DNA of 63,855 nucleotides, counting the filler, from Octopus bimaculoides (Eukaryota), in NCBI RefSeq assembly GCF_001194135.2. It is 5 parts of 4 records of this genome, joined end to end, with 100 filler letters (N's around TTAATTAATTAA, not from the genome) between each part and the next. Parts side by side here need not be neighbours in the genome. Positions count along the whole stretch, not along the records: positions 57,113 to 63,855 come from NC_068988.1; 4 more parts are not named here. The stretch is one strand, 5' to 3'. Position numbers and translations under genes: made by a program. The notes under the pieces are model-generated. The model was not told the origin of the DNA and did no database searches. It worked only from the letters and a program-made list of their open reading frames with translations. Of this stretch, positions 62,306-63,855 are shown piece after piece. Positions within the stretch are counted from its first letter, which is position 1; the number at the start of each line of letters is the position of its first letter.

Positions 62306-63717
62306 CATACATGCATATGTCTATTTAACTGTTTAGTTTTCTCCCTATGAATATATATATTTATATACATATATATNNNNNNNNNNNNNNNNNNNNNNNN
62401 NNNNNNNNNNNNNNNNNNNNNNNNNNNNNNNNNNNNNNNNNNNNNNNNNNNNNNNNNNNNNNNNNNNNNNNNNNNNNNNNNNNNNNNNNNNNNNNNNNNN
62501 NNNNNNNNNNNNNNNNNNNNNNNNNNNNNNNNNNNNNNNNNNNNNNNNNNNNNNNNNNNNNNNNNNNNNNNNNNNNNNNNNNNNNNNNNNNNNNNNNNNN
62601 NNNNNNNNNNNNNNNNNNNNNNNNNNNNNNNNNNNNNNNNNNNNNNNNNNNNNNNNNNNNNNNNNNNNNNNNNNNNNNNNNNNNNNNNNNNNNNNNNNNN
62701 NNNNNNNNNNNNNNNNNNNNNNNNNNNNNNNNNNNNNNNNNNNNNNNNNNNNNNNNNNNNNNNNNNNNNNNNNNNNNNNNNNNNNNNNNNNNNNNNNNNN
62801 NNNNNNNNNNNNNNNNNNNNNNNNNNNNNNNNNNNNNNNNNNNNNNNNNNNNNNNNNNNNNNNNNNNNNNNNNNNNNNNNNNNNNNNNNNNNNNNNNNNN
62901 NNNNNNNNNNNNNNNNNNNNNNNNNNNNNNNNNNNNNNNNNNNNNNNNNNNNNNNNNNNNNNNNNNNNNNNNNNNNNNNNNNNNNNNNNNNNNNNNNNNN
63001 NNNNNNNNNNNNNNNNNNNNNNNNNNNNNNNNNNNNNNNNNNATATATATATATATACATATGTAGTGCAAAGGTGACTATCATTAAACAAAGATGTAAG
63101 GAATAAATAGAGAATGTATTTATATGCATGACTGTAAGTATGTATGTATATATGGATGGAAAGGATATAAATAATATATATGAATTTATATGTATACCTG
63201 AACACGCATGTAACCACTCATACATACATACATACATACATACATACATACATACTGACATACATTCACAAATACTTACACCTGTCTGATTTCTTATGAC
63301 CACAGCCCAACAACGTTCATCTCTAAACTCCTTTTATTCATTACGTGACAAGACAGTATGTCTTCAGAAGTGCTGAACGTGAAATAATAGATTAAAAAAA
63401 AAAAAAAAACCTGAGTTAACTTCAAGTCTATCCCACACGTTGTACCTGACTATATCAAATATAACCTGTTTTTAATTGTATACATTAATACTAAAAAAGG
63501 AGTAAACCATATAAATAAATCATTTACTGATAAGAGCAAGAAAGGAAAATGTAACTTTCAACACGCTCTTATTTATTGAGACATTTTTACTTGTTTTTAC
63601 AATACAACGCATTCAATTTACAATGGGTATAGTGGTTAAAAGGTCGCGAGAAAATGATCTGCTTTTTTGCTTGTGACTTAGACACCTGCTCATGTTGTGT
63701 AATGTTTTATCCGGTTC

Positions 63718-63768
<51 letters not shown>

Positions 63769-63855
63769 GTAGATACCCAGATAGAGAGAAAGGTATACAT
63801 ACGTATATACTCATGTATGTACATACATATGAACGTATTAATGGATATATATATA

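Overview
AT-rich eukaryotic genomic DNA from a gapped draft assembly, with many N-gaps and four synthetic 100-bp joins (44N-TTAATTAATTAA-44N). The repeat families (tRNA-derived and CORE-like SINEs, R4/Dong LINEs, very dense microsatellites) point to an octopus genome; this is my inference, not a database result. No intact protein-coding gene is visible, and the window reads as intronic or intergenic. It is a mosaic of decayed mobile elements: at least three R4/Dong-type RLE non-LTR retrotransposon subfamilies sitting in (TAA)n tracts (one near-full-length ~3.9 kb copy), a ~650-bp non-coding repeat that also sits in TAA tracts, L1/Tx1 and RTE LINE fragments, Penelope-like fragments with minimal hammerhead-ribozyme motifs, four Tc1/mariner relics (one a fold-back element with two 5' ends), about 20 SINE copies and several MITE-like hairpins. 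The most interesting signals are a TAA-microsatellite-targeting retroelement community with a candidate non-autonomous partner, the Penelope hammerheads, the double-headed mariner and a TSD-bounded SINE trimer. A few candidate regulatory or micro-exon signals lie in repeat-poor islands. Repeat boundaries were placed by eye and are approximate.
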